Of a stretch of 64,000 bases of DNA, positions 38,916 to 52,300 are shown piece by piece. The position numbers and the translations under genes are program-made. Below the pieces are notes generated by a model. It saw only the letters and a list, made by a program, of their open reading frames with translations, did not search any database and was not told where the DNA came from. Positions within the stretch are counted from its first letter, which is position 1. Every line of letters begins with the position of its first letter. Source of the DNA: Octopus vulgaris (taxonomy: Eukaryota); NCBI GenBank assembly GCA_951406725.2, contig OX597832.1:34844001-34908000 (forward strand), given 5' to 3'.

Positions 38916-40754
38916 ATATATATATATTGCCATGTCTGAATAATATATTCGAAAGTTACTTCCTCTTGCTCATTATAATTTATTAAAAGTAATATAATTG
39001 TATGTAAGGAAAGTAACTCTGGAAGATGTTATGTAGTTATCTCCCGTCATATTTTTTTATTGTTAAATTATAATATTCAAGGGAAGTAACTGTAGAAGAT
39101 ACTTTGTAGTTATCTCCCTTAGACTGTTTCAGTTATTTCACTGTGATCATTGTGGAGCACTGCCTTTAGTGAAGCAAATCAACCCCAGGAATTATTCTTT
39201 GTATGCCTATTACTTAATGTATAGGTCTCTTTTGCAGAACCGATAAGTTACGGGGACGTAATGTTCGATATACTGATTTAGTAGGTATTTATTCATTGTA
39301 AGAATTTCAATTATCATAAATTATGGGCTAGGAAAAATACTAGAAACTTTTTTGATATACCTATTGGGGCTCCTTGTGTGTGTGGGACTGTTTTTATTTA
39401 TATGAGTGTGGGTATTTTCATTTCAGTGTTTGTGTGTGAGAGTGTTTTTATTTCTGCGTGCGCAGTGTGTGAGCGACTGAGTGTTTCTATTTGTTTGTGT
39501 GTGTGCGACACTTACAACTACAACAAACACTTTGACCATTTGTAAGATACCTACATTTGAGATCACTAAATACTAAATCAAAATAAGTTTAATTTATTGC
39601 ACATTTATATATATACAGGCACACACACACACACACACACATGTATGTGTTTGTGTATTTATATGTCGTATATATATATATATATTTATATATATACACA
39701 TACAGATATATGTGAATATACCAACACACGTATATGTAGTATCTAAAACAAAAAAGAAACTGTAAGGGATGGAATGGGAGTTCTTTCCGTTTTATTAAGA
39801 AAACTTGCATCTGTATGTGTGATAGTACGTGCGTGCGTGCATTCTCGTGTGCCCTTCGGGTGCAAACAAACACACACACACACATTTAAACATATGTACG
39901 ACGAGATTCTGTCAGTTTTGTTCCACTAAATCCCATCACAAGGATTAGCTAGGCCCTGGGCTACAATAGTAGACAATTGCAGAAGATGACAGGCAGTGGG
40001 AATGAACCCGAAACCATGTGGTTCGTAAGCAAACTACTTAGAACATAGCCATTCACACGTCGATATTCATGTATACGACGGCTTCTTTTAGTTTCCCTCT
40101 ACAAACTCCACTCAGAATACATTGGTCGACCCTAGGCTATAGTCGAATACACTTGCCGAAGGTGCAACGCTGTTGGTTTGAACTCAGCACATTGCGGTTC
40201 GTGAGCAATCATTCTCACAGAAATGCGCGCACAAACAGACACAGAATGTCACGGTTTAAAGGTCAACATGTTTAAAACATAAATAGCTACGAGTTTGCGT
40301 ATATGCATGTATCTATGTGCATGAGTGCGGACGTCTGTTTCCAGAATGTCTCAGTTTTAAGGTCAACATATTTAAAACATAAATAGGTACGAGATTGCGT
40401 CTTTGCATGTATCTATGTTCGTGGGTGTGGACGTGTGAGTGTTTGTGCGTGTGTGAGCACAGTCCACCTATACCCAAGCTGGTTGCATTGTCTCATAAGA
40501 ACCAGCCGTGAAAGTTCCGGATCACATTAATGAACTCATTTGCATACAAACAATTAGTTCTCGCCTTGAACTTGTCCGGTTAACAAACAGTAGTGTCTGA
40601 ATGGGAATTAGCTTGCTTACCTAACAAATGTTTCCGTGTTCAGTCCCACTGGGTGGCATGTTGGGCAAATGTCTTCTACTATAGTCTCTGGCCGACCAAA
40701 GCCTTGTGAGTGGATTTGGGAGACGGAAACTAAAAGAAGAATGTCGTATGTATA

Positions 40755-40809
<55 letters not shown>

Positions 40810-41337
40810 ATATAGCAGTAAAAGTGGCTACGTAGGTTGCTTTCCAAACACGGTGTTTCTGGTTCTGTCCAACTACGTGGCCCCATGGGCAAGTGTCTTC
40901 CAATATAGCCTCGGACAGACCAACAATTAGGTCTCGCCTTGAACTTGTCCGGTTAACAAACAGTAGTGTCTGAATGAGAATTAGCTTGCTTACCTAACAA
41001 ATGTTTTCGAGTTCAGTCCCACTGGGTGGCATGTTGGGCAAATGTCTTCTACTATAGTCTCGGGCCGACCAAAGCCTTGTGAGTGGATTTGGGAGACGGA
41101 AACTAAAAGAAGACTGTCGTATGTATATATATGTATATATATAATATATATATTTATATATATATAATGTAGCAGTAAGAGTGGCTACGTAGCTTGCTTT
41201 CCAAACACGGTGTTTCTGGTTCAGTCCAACTACGTGGCCCCATGGGCAAGTGTCTTCCAATATAGCCACGGACAGACCAACGTTTCTGAGTAGATTTGGT
41301 ACACCGAAACAGAAAGTAGCCCGTTGTATATAGATAG

Positions 41338-41429
<92 letters not shown>

Positions 41430-43140
41430 GGTATATATTGACAGATATATGTATATACGTATAGATATTTAAACATATATGGGATGGCCGTAATGGGACA
41501 TCCGACTCACTAGAGAGAGCAGTTAAACTCCAAAAAATCGTAAAATCTATGTCATGTCTGAATACTATATTCCAAAGTTACTTCCTCTTGGTCATTATAA
41601 TTTATTAAAAGTAATATAATTATATGTAAGGAAAGTAACTCTGGAAGATGTTATCTAGTTATCTCCCTTCCGAGAGTTAATTAATGTATAGGTCTCTTTT
41701 GCAGAACCGATAAGTTACGGGGACGTAATGTTCGATATACTGATTTAGTAGGTATTTATTCATTGTAAGAATTTCAATTATCATAAATTATGGGCTAGGA
41801 AAAATACTAGAACCTTTTTTGATATACCTATTGGGGCTCCTTGTGTGTGTGGGACTGTTTTTATTTATGTGAGTGTGGGTATTTTCATTTCAGTGTTTGT
41901 GTGTGAGAGTGTTTTTATTTCTGTGTGCGCGTGTGTGTGAGCGACTGAGTGTTTCTATTTGTTTGTGTGTGTGCGACACTTACAACTACAACAAACACTT
42001 TGACCATTTGTAAGATATCCACTTTTGAGATCACTAAATACTAAATCAAAATAAGTTCAATTTATTGCACCTTTAGTGGCTTCAGATGTTGCTCATATTT
42101 TTCCCATGTGTCGTCAATGTATTAATTTCACAAGTGGATGACAGAAATTCTAATATAGGCGTGGAGGGAGCTGATATTCTAACTGCGAGTGCAAAGCACC
42201 CAATGCCCCTCTACATTCTGAATAAATTGTATGTTTGTGCTAGTTACGGTTAGGGTTTTATGTGTGAGTGTGTAACTGCGTTTTCATTTCTGTGTGTGGG
42301 TGCTTATGTTTGTGTGTGTGTGTGTGTTTGTGCGTATGTTAGTGTGTTAGAGTTTGGATGTGTTACCGTATTTTCCATTTGTATTTGTGTGTGTCTGTGT
42401 TTGTGCATGTGTAGGTATGTAACTGTTTTCATTTCTGTGTTTGTCCGCGTGTTTGAGTGTGTGAATATGTATCTGTATTTTTATTTGTGTGTTTGTCTTT
42501 GTGTGTATGTGAGTGTTTTTGTGAGAATTTTTTTTCAGTGTTTGTGTGCGTGGGACTTTTTATATGTGTGTGTGTTGCTATTTTCATTTAAGTGTCTGTG
42601 TTTGTGTGAATGTTTTTATTTTTGTGTGTACGTGTGTGTGAGCGACTGTGTTTTTATTCGTTTGTTTGTGCGACAATTACAGCTACAACAAACACTACTG
42701 TACCCCAAGGCCGACCTAATCCTTGTGATTGGATTTAGTGGAAGGAAACTGATAAAATACCATCGTATATATGTTTAAATGTGTGCGTGTGTGTGTGTGC
42801 GTTTGTTCGCACTCGAAGGGCACAACTTATTGAAAACATAAAATAGCTTTGCATGTATCTATGTGCATGAGTGCGGAAGTGTGGGTATTTGTTCGTGTGT
42901 GAGCACAGTCCACACATACCCAAGGTTGTCGCATCGGCTGTGACCCAACCGCGAAAGTCTGTTTTACCCAGACATACACATACAGATATACGTGTATATT
43001 CCCACGCACGTATATGTAGTGTCTAAAACAAAAAAGAAGCTAAGGGATGGAATGTGAGTTCTTTCCGTTTTATTAAGAAAACTTGCATCTACATGTGTGA
43101 TAGTACGTGAATGCATTCTCGTGTGCCCTTCGAGTGTCAT
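35655..43140 (+). repeat. Tandem macro-repeat: about 3 copies of a 2.1-2.5 kb mosaic of SINE fragments, microsatellites and unique spacers
   Basis: Marker ACAGACACAGAATGTCA.GGTTTAAAGG occurs at 35701, 38156 and 40235. Marker AGTTACGGGGACGTAATGTTCGATATACTG occurs at about 37036, 39246 and 41713. An internal re-duplication covers about 40550-40925 and 40923-41280, and an inverted partial copy lies at about 42690-42960. Confidence 0.9.
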
Positions 43141-43249
43141 TATTACTTTATTACAGATATTACAACATGAAACGTATTATATGACGTTAGGGAAGTAACT
43201 CTAGGAGATATTTTCTGCTATCTCCCTAGTGAACATGGACTTTTCTCGT

Positions 43250-43630
43250 TATTTACTCTTTTACTCTCATTTGTTTCAGTCATTTGACTGTGGCCATGTT
43301 GGAGCACGACCTTTAGTCGAGCATACCGACCCCAGGACTTATTCATTGTAGGCCTAGTGCTTATTCTATCAGTCTATTTCGCTGAACCTCTAAGTTATGG
43401 GGACGTAAACAGACTAATATCCGTTGTGTAGCAATGTTTGGGAACAAAGACACACACGCACACATAAACATATATATGACTGGAGTTTTCCAGTTTCCTT
43501 CCACCAAATCCAATCACAAGGCTTTGGTCGGCTCGGGGCTATAGTAGATTTTTCAAACGATGCTGGTGTGTTTTTCTCCCTGTATTTCAGCGGCTCGGCA
43601 GAAAAGAATAAGTTAGAATAAATACTAGGT
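43250..43630 (-). mobile_element. SINE copy (5'-truncated) plus a second SINE fragment
   Basis: TTGTTTCAGTCATTTGACTGTGGCCATGTTGGAGCAC...CAAGGCTTTGGTCGGCTCGGGGCTATAGTAGA. Confidence 0.8.
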
Positions 43631-43779
43631 TTAGAAAGAATAAGTGCTGCTGACGATTTGCTCGAAGAAGATAGATTGGTATATATATATATATATATTT
43701 ATAAAGACATATCAGATATATATAAACTTAGATATGTTTCGACCAAAGATTGGTCCAGGCCATGTCTAACTTAATAGCA

Positions 43780-45420
43780 CCACCTGATAGGATTATTCGA
43801 ATCCTGTTTAAGTCAAGTTTTGTTCAAGTAGTGAGTTCTTGTTGGGTGAGTTGTATCCAGTTTTGTTCAAGTAGTGAGTTCTTGTTGGGTGAGTTGTATC
43901 CAGTTTTGTTCAAGTAGTGAGTTCTTGTTGGGTGACTTGTATCCAATTATGGGTGGCTTATCTGGTATTCTTTGAAGGAATCTATCCAGACTCTGTTTAA
44001 AGTTGATGGGATCCTTTTCCTCTTTGATCTCTCTCGGGACAATGTTAAATAGGGCAGGGCCTGTTGAGGAAAAGAAATTATGTTGCAGTGTACATGTATG
44101 TTGTGATCTTGAATTGGGCAGGGGACGTATAGCCCGTGGTCCAAGTCTTGGATGAACCTTGAAGCTAATGTTTAGGTCGTTTGGGCATAGTTGGCGGTAT
44201 ATTTTCCACATCGTACAAATGATGTACCGCTCACGCTGGAGGGAGTAAAGTTCCAAGGCTTTAAGGCAATCCCAATAATCGAGAGCAGCCATGCCTTCAA
44301 TTCGTTTAGTGAGTGCCCTCTGGGGTGACTCAATTCTGGAGATGTTTAGTCTTGTTTGAGGAGACCACAGTGGGCAGCAGTATTCAAGGTGTGGCCGTAC
44401 AAAGGAGGAAAAAAGTGGTATGATGACACCTTGTTCTCTGGACCGGAAAGTTCTTAAGATCCAGGAACTCATCCTACGAGCTATATCGACCTTCTTGTTG
44501 ATGTGTGCACTCCAACTGTGATGGTCATCAACAATTACACCCAGTTCTCTGATATTGTTAGAGGCTGTGAGCGGTTCCCCTGAAGGAAGAGAGTATGGCT
44601 GTTTTAGTGAGGAGTTTCTTCCAAAATGCATCAGCTCAAATTTTCCCTCGTTTAGTTGTATTTTGTTTCTGTTTGCCCATTGACTCACAGCATATAGATC
44701 AGACTGGAGTTGAGTTCGGTCTGCTTCTTCATTGACGATTTACTGGAGCTTGGTGTCATCAGCAAATATTTTCACTTTGCAGTAATGTACGACACTGGAA
44801 AGGTCGTTTATGTAGATTATGAAGAGTAGCGGACCCAAGACAGTCCCCTGGGGGTCACCGCTGGTGGTGACTTTTGCTGGGCTTGAGTGGACTCCATCAA
44901 CTACAACATGTGTTGTATTCGCCAGGAAATACTTGATCCAGTGTAGAACTTCAATGTGGTGTAAGAGCTGTGTTAGACAGTCCCTGCCACAGCGAAAGCC
45001 ATGCTGTTTTGCATTTAGGAGTTTGTGGGTCTCCAGGAAGTCAGCCATCCTTGATCTTAACACTCTTTCAAACACTTTGATGATGTGGGAGGTGAGTGAG
45101 ATTGGGCGATAGTTGAGTGCGAGGGATCTGTTTCCCTGTTTGAAAACCGGGATGACTGACTGGGATAGAAACTGTTTTGGTATATAACCTGCATCTAACG
45201 AATTTCTCCAGAGGTTGGTCAGTGGGACTGCAAGTTGGTGTTTACATTCCTTCAGGAGACTAACGGGGAATCCTATCAGGGCCTACAGCAGAGTAGTATT
45301 TGACCTCATTTATTGCTGCTACGATGTCAGTGGGAGTGAAGGTTATGTCTGCAATTTTGTGTTGGGAGTCAACTTCGTTCGCTTCTCTTACGTCAATATC
45401 AGTGGGAACACTAAAGACAG
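43780..45420 (-). mobile_element. CR1-type LINE 3' portion (second subfamily), with a 43-bp triplication at the ORF2 end
   Basis: GPDRIP, NYRPISLTSHIIKVFER, QHGFRCGRDC, PQGTVLGPLLF, FADDTKL, VRPHLEYCCPLWSP. The 43-bp unit starts at 43818, 43861 and 43904. Confidence 0.92.
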
Positions 45421-45699
45421 CAGTATTGTTTTTGCAATATATATATATATAGAGAGAAACATGTATATACATATAGATATTTATATATATGTATATGTGT
45501 GTATGTTTCGGTGTCCCCAAAACCGCTTGACAACCAATGCCGGTGTTTTTTACACTCCATTAACTTATCCGTTCGGGAAAAGAAGACCAACAGAATAAAT
45601 ACTAGACTGACGTAGATAAAAGTCCTAGTGTCGATTTGCTCTAGAAAAGGCTGTGCTCTAGCAGTGGCACAGTGAAATGACTAAACAAGGAAAAGAGTA

Positions 45700-46470
45700 A
45701 AAGTGTATGCGGTACATCTGAACATTATATTGTAGAGTTAATTAGCTTCCATAATACATTTTGATAATAGTCATGTATTTAAATGTAAGGGAGGTAACTT
45801 TTGAAGATTTTTAAAGTTATTCCCCTTCGTAGAGTTACCCCCATTGAACTTTACAATTTAATAATACATAATAGTTATTTAATTAGATGTAAGGGAGGTG
45901 ACTCTGAAAGATTTTTTAGTTATCTCCCTTTCTAGAGTTACTCCCCTTCTATATTATTATTAACTTATAACGTGAAGGTAAGTAACTATACGAAGGAAGA
46001 TAACTCTAAAATCTTCCCGAGTTCCCTTATATCTAATTAAATTACTTTTACTCTTATACTTGTTTCAGTCATTTGACTGCGGCCATGCTGGAGCACCACC
46101 TTTTAGTACTTATTCTATCGGTCTCTTTTTGTCGAACCGCTAAGTGACGGGGACCTAAATACACCAGCATCGGTTGTCAAGCGATGCTAGGGGGACAAAC
46201 ACACACACATATACATATACATACGACAGGCTTCCTTCAGTTTCCGTCTACCAAATCCACTAACAAGGCATTGGTCGGCCCGGGGCTATAGCAGGAGACA
46301 CTTGCCCAAGATGCCACGCAATTGGACTGAACCCGGAACTATGTGGTTGGTTAGCAAGCTACTTACCACTGCTGCGCCTATTATCTATTAAATTATATAT
46401 TCTAGGGAAGTGACTCTAGAAAGGGAAATAGGTACAAGATTTTCCACAGTTACTTCCCTTACATGTAATT
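45700..46470. mobile_element. Fold-back/MITE-like element built from AGGGAGGTAACT...GTTATCTCCCT subrepeats in direct and inverted orientation, split by a SINE
   Basis: Two direct ~60-bp units lie at about 45784 and 45888, with inverted units at about 45975-46030 and 46404-46463. The same motif recurs at about 36740, 39007, 41627, 43190 and 47712. Confidence 0.55.
46045..46379 (-). mobile_element. Near full-length tRNA-derived CORE-like SINE with a probable ~14-bp TSD
   Basis: Head AGGCGCAGCAGTGGTAAGTAGCTTGCT...GGGTTCAGTCCAA; body CTTGGGCAAGTGTC; tail GAGTAAAAGTAA. Flanks are TATCTAATTAAATTA and TATCTATTAAATTA. Confidence 0.85.
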
Positions 46471-46480
46471 ACATTACGAT

Positions 46481-46540
46481 TGGGGTTGGGTTGGGTTGGG
46501 TTAGGGTTAGTTTCAGGGTCGGGGTTAGGGTTGGGGTTAG
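46481..46540 (+). repeat. Degenerate interstitial telomere-like (TTAGGG/TTGGG/TTGGGG) tract
   Basis: TGGGGTTGGGTTGGGTTGGGTTAGGGTTAGTTTCAGGGTCGGGGTTAGGGTTGGGGTTAG. Confidence 0.75.
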
Positions 46541-47205
46541 CCTCGTTCACACATCATGCGTCCATGGAAACAAGCCTCGTTCACACATCATGCGTCCATA
46601 CAAAGAAGCCTCGTTCACTCGTCATGCGTCCACACAAACAAGCCTCGGTTACCCATCATGCGTCCATACAAACAAGCCTCGTTCACACATCATGCGTCCA
46701 TACATACACGCCTCGTTCACACATCATGCGTCCACACAAACAAGCCTCGTTCACCCGTCATGCGTCCATACAAACAAGCCTCGTTCACCCGTCATGCGTC
46801 TATACAAACAAGCCTCGTTCACCCGTCATGCGTCCATACAAACAAGCCTCGTTCACCCGTCATGCGTCCATACAAACAAGCCTCGTTCACCCGTCATGCG
46901 TCCATACAAACAAGGCTCGTTCACTCGTCATGCGTCCATACAAACAAGCCTCGTTCACCCGTCATGCGTCCATACAAACAAGCCTCGTTCACCCGTCATG
47001 CGTCCATACAAACAATCCTCGTTCACCCGTCATGCGTCCATACAAACAATCCTCGTTCACCCGTCATGCGTCCATACAAACAAGTCTCGTTCACCCGTCA
47101 TGCGTCCATACAAACAAGCCTCGTTCACACGTCATGCGTCCATACAAACGAGCCTCGTTCACACATGCGTCCATACAAACAAGCCTCGTTAACACATCAT
47201 GCGTC
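46539..47205 (+). repeat. 34-bp minisatellite, about 19-20 copies
   Basis: Unit AGCCTCGTTCACCCGTCATGCGTCCATACAAACA; successive copies at 46743 and 46777 give a period of 34. Confidence 0.95.
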
Positions 47206-49110
47206 GACCCCATTAATGAACTCATTTGCATATCAACAATTAGGGCTCACATTGAAGTTGTCCGGTTAACAAACAGTAGTGTCTGAATGGGAATTAGCTT
47301 GCTTACCTAACAATTACTTTCGAGTTCAGTCCCACTGAGTGGCACGTTAGGCAAATGTCTTCTACTAGCATATAGGCTCGAGGCGATAACTGTCTCGAGT
47401 CTATATGATATTACTTTTCCAAATCCACCACTCTCGCGTGGTTTTCTCAGCAGTAAATATAAACTAGATAGATATTTATATATATGTTTCTGTGTCCCCA
47501 AAACCGCTTGACAACTGATGCTGGTCTTTTTACACCCCAGTAACTTCGGGAAAAGACGACCAATAAATAATATTCTAGGCTGTCATAGAGTAAGTCCTAG
47601 TGTCGATTTGCTCTAGAAAAGCGTTAAAGGGTGTGTGTCACGTCTGAATTATATATTCTAGAGCTATTTCTCTCGCATATTATAATTTAATAAAAGTAAA
47701 ATAATTATATGTAAGGAAAGTAACTCTGGAAGATGTTATCTAGTTATCTCCCTTCCGAGAGTTAATATCCTAAAATATTTTATTATTGTTAAAATATAAT
47801 ATTCAAGGGAAGTAACTGTAGAAGATACTCTGTAGTTATCTCCCTTAAGTATGTAGTTATCTCCCTTAAGTATGTAGTTATCGTAATATACACTTTGTCG
47901 CTCTTATACTCTTTCAGTTATTTCACTGTGACCATGGTGGAGCACCGCCTTTAGTCAAGCAAATCAACCCCAGCAATTATTCTTTGTATGCCTATTACTT
48001 AACGTATAGGTCTCTTTTGCAGAACCGATAAGTTACGGGGACGTAATGTTCGATGTACTGATTTAGTAGGTATTTATTTATTGTAAGAACTTCAATTATC
48101 ATAAATTATGGGCTAGGAAAAATACTAGAAACTTTTTTGATAGACCTATTGGGGCTCCTTGTGTGTGTGGGACTGTTTTTATTTATGTGAGTATGGGTAT
48201 TTTCATTTCAGTGGTTGTTTGTGTGTGTGTGAGAGTGTTTTTATTTCTGTGTGCGCGAGTGTGTGAGCGACTGAGTGTTTCTATTTGTTTGTGTGTGTGC
48301 GACACTTACAAATGCAACAAGCACTTTGACCATTTCTAAGATACCCACATTTGAGATCACTAACTACTAAATCAAAATAAGTTCAATTTATTGCACCTTT
48401 AGTGACTTCAGATGTTGCTCATATTTTTCCCATGTGTCGACAACGTATTAATTTCACAAGTGGATAAAAGAAATTCTCATACTGGCGTGGAGGGGGCTGA
48501 TATTCTAACTGCGAGTGCAAAGCACCCAATGCCCCTTTACATTCTGAATAACTTGTATGTTTGTGCTAGTTAGGGTTAGGGTTTATGTGTGAGTGTGTAA
48601 CTGTGTTTTCATTTCTGTGTGTGGGTGCTTATGTTTGTGTGTATGTGTGTTTGTGCGTATGTTAATGTGTTAGAGTTTGGATGTGTTACCGTATTTTCCA
48701 TTTGTATTTGTGTGTCTGTGTTTGTGCATGTGTAGGTATGTAACTTTTCATTTCTGTGTTTGTCCGCGTGTTTGAGTGTGTGAATATGTATCTGTATTTT
48801 TATTTTTTGTGCGTATGTGAGTGTTTTTGTGAGAATTTTTTTTTCAGTGTTTGTGTGCGTGGGACTTTTTATATGTGTGTGTGTTGCTATTTTCATTTCA
48901 GTGTCTGTGTTTGTGTGAATGTTTTTATTTTTGTGTGTACGTGTGTGTGAGCGACTGTGTTTTTATTCGTTTGTTTGTGCGACGATTACAGCTACAGCAG
49001 ACACTTTAAGCATCTCCAAGATACCCACATTTGCAGATCCCTAAGTTCTAAATGAAAAGAAGTTCAATTTATTGCACCTTTAGCGACTTCAGATTTGCGA
49101 GTGTTAAGCA
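47206..49110 (+). repeat. Further variant copy of the macro-repeat mosaic
   Basis: It resumes with ATTAATGAACTCATTTGCATA (as at about 38447). Marker AGTTACGGGGACGTAATG is at about 48031, and 48330-49010 matches about 41990-42700. Confidence 0.88.
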
Positions 49111-49134
49111 CCCAATGCCTCCCGTATCTACATA

Positions 49135-49364
49135 CCTGGATTGGCCATAATTGGCCTCATTCGGATATCTCTCGGGTGTGGAATATTTATAACTATAGAA
49201 GTTAACTTGTTACAGGTTTTGTTTATGGCTTACCTTTTGTAGATTTTGGGAAGTTCATAGATGTTACTGGCTTTGCAGTGAAATCTAGTCAAGCAATTTG
49301 TCTCCTTTTTTGTTAAATCGTGTTGGAACTGGTGGATAAAAGTAGACAGTTTGGTCATTACCTT
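49135..49364 (-). mobile_element. Penelope-like reverse transcriptase N-terminal fragment
   Basis: KVMTKLSTFIHQFQHDLTKKETNCLTRFHCKASNIYELPKIYKR*...RDIRMRPIMAN matches the PLE/TERT-like YGLPKIHK...RPI motifs 1-2. Confidence 0.8.
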
Positions 49365-52300
49365 GCAATTCAGGGGCACGTAATTCAGATGCATGTAATT
49401 TAGGGGCAGGTACTTCAGGTGAAGGTAATTTAGGGGCATTTAATTCATGGGCAGGTAATTGAGGGGCATGTAATTTAGGGCCAGGTAGTTCACGGGCAGG
49501 TAATTGAGGGGCAGGTAATTCAGGTGCAGGTTATTCAGGGACTCAGGGGTAGATACTTCAGGGGCATGTAATTCTGGGGCAGGTAATTCAGGGGCATGTA
49601 ATTCAGTTGCATGTAATTCATGGGCAGGTAATTCAGGGGTATGTAATTCAGGAGCATGTTATTCAGGGGCATGTCATTCAGGGAAGGTAATTCAGGTGCA
49701 GGTAATTCAGGGTTAGGTAATTCAGCGGCATGTAATTGAGGTGCAGGTAATTCAGGGGTAGGTAATTCAGGGCCATGTAATTCGTGGGTGGGTAATTCAG
49801 AGGAATGTAATTCAGGGGCATGTAATTCAGGGGAAGGTAATCCAGGGGCAGGTAATTCAGGGGTAATTCAGGTGCAGGTAATCCAGGGGCATGTAATTCA
49901 GATGAAAGGTAATTCAGGGCATGTCATTCACGGGCAGGTAATTCAGGGGCTGGTAATTTAGGGATAGATAATTCAGAGGCATGTCATTCAGGGGCAGGTC
50001 ATTCAGGGTCATGTAATTTAGGGGCAGGTAGTTCATGGCCATTTAATTCATGGGCAGGTAATTGGGGGGCAGGTAATTCATGGGCAGGTAATTGAGGGGC
50101 ATGTCATTCAGGGGCAGGTAATTTAGGGGCAGGTAATTCAGGTGTATGTAATTCAGGTGCAGGTTATTCAGGGACTCAGGGTTAGATAATTCAGGGGCAT
50201 GTAATTCAGGTGTATGTAATTCAGGGGCATGTAAATCAGTTGCATGTAATTCAGGGGCATGTAATTCAGGTGTATGTTATTCAGGGGCAGGTTATTCAGG
50301 TATAGGTTATTCAGGGGCAGGTAATCCAGGGGTAACTAATTAAGGGGCAGGTCATTCAGGGGCATGTAATTTAGGGGCAGGTAATTCACGGGCATGTAAT
50401 TCAGGTGTATGTAATTTATGGGAAGGTTATTCAGGGGTATGTAATTCAGGGGCATGTCATTGAGGGGCAGGTAAATCGGGCATGTAATTCATGTGCGGGT
50501 AATTGAGGGGAAGGTAATCCAGGTGCAGGTGATTTAGAGTAATGTCATTCATTGGCAGGTAATTCAGGGGCAGGTAATACAGAGCAATGTAATTTAGGGG
50601 AAGGTAATCCAGGGGGAGGTAATTTATAGGAATGTCATTCATGGGCAGGTAATTCAGGGGCATGTAATTGAGGTGCAGGTAATTGAGGGGCTCGTAATCC
50701 AGGTGTATGTAATTCAGGGGCATGTAATTCGTGGGTGGGTAATTCAGAGGAATGTAATTCGGGGGAAGGTAATCCAGGTGCAGGTAATTCAGGCGTAATT
50801 CAGGGACAGGTAATTTAGAGGAATGTCATTCATGGGCAGGTAATCCAGGGGCATGTAATTCAGGGGCAGGTAATCGAGGTGCATGTCATTCACGGGCAGG
50901 TAATTTAGGGATAGATAATTCAGAGGCATGAAATTCAGGGGCAGGTCATTCAGGTGCATGTAATTAAGAGGCAGGTAATTCAGGTGCTTGTAATTCAAGG
51001 GCACGTAATTCAGATGCATGTAATTTAGGGGCAGGTACTTCAGGGGAAGGTAATTTAGGGGCATTTAATTCATGGGCAGGTAATTCACGGGCAGGTAATT
51101 CAGGGGCATGTAATTCTGGGGCATTTAATTCAGGTGCATGTAATTCATGGGCATGTAATTCAGGGGCAGGTAATTCAGGGTTAGGTAATTCAGCGGCATG
51201 TAATTGAGGTGCAGGTAATTGAGGGGCATGTAATTCAGGTGTCTGTAATTCAGGTGTATGTAATTCAGGGGTAGGTAATTCAGGCGCATATAATTCAGTG
51301 GCATGTAATTCGTGGGTGGGTAATTCAGAGGAATGTAATTCAGGGGCATGTAATTCAGGGGAAGGTAATCCAGGGGCAGGTAATTCAGGGGTTATTCAGG
51401 GCCAGGTAACTCATTCATCTGCAGGTAATTTAGGGGCAGGTAATCCAGGGGCATGTAATTCAGATGAAAGGTAATTCAGGGGCATGTCATTCACGGGCAG
51501 GTAATTCAGGGGCTGGTAATTTAGGGATAGATAATTCAGAGGCATGTCATTCAGGGGCAGGTCATTCAGGGTCATGTAATTTAGGGGCAGGTACTTCAGG
51601 GGCATTTAATTCATGGGCAGGTAATTCATGGGCAGGTAATTGAGGGGCAGGTAATTCAGGTGTATGTAATTCAGGTGCAGGTTATTCAGGGACTCAGGGG
51701 TAGATAATTCAGGGGAGTGTAATTCAGGTGTATGTAATTCAGGGGCATGTAAATCAGTTGCATGTAATTCAGGGGCATGTAATTCAGGTGCATGTAATTC
51801 ATGGGCAGGTAATTCAGGGGTATGCAATTCAGGGGCATGTCATTCAGGGAAGGTAATTCAGGGGCATGTAATTCAGGTGTATGTAATTCAGGGGCATGTC
51901 ATTCACGGGTGGGTAATTTAGGGATAGGTAATTCAGTGGCACATCATTCAGTCAGATCATTCATGTGCATGTAATTAAGAGTCATGTAATTTAGGGGCAG
52001 GTAATTCAGGGGAAGGTAATTCAGGGACAGGTAATTTAGAGGAATGTCATTCATGGGCAGGTAATTCAGGGGCTTGTAATTCTGGGTTAGGTAATCCAGG
52101 GGCATGTAATTCAGGGGCAGGTAATCTAGGTGCAGGTAATTCAGGGTTATGTCAATCACGGGCAGGTAATTTAGGGATAGATAATTCAGGGGCAGGTCAT
52201 TTAGGTGCATGTAATTGAGGGGCAGGTAATTGAAGGCCATGTAATTCAGGGGCAGTTAAATCAGGGGCATGTAATTCTGGGGAAGGTAATTCAGGTGTAT

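Noticed and set aside
46539-47205. CRISPR-like appearance (about 34-bp repeats)
   Set aside because: Units are head-to-tail with no unique spacers, there are no cas genes, and the context is eukaryotic.
46410-47286. Three overlapping long plus-strand ORFs (237-268 aa)
   Set aside because: The 34-bp unit has no plus-strand stop, and 34 is not a multiple of 3, so all frames cycle through the same peptide. This is a repeat artefact.
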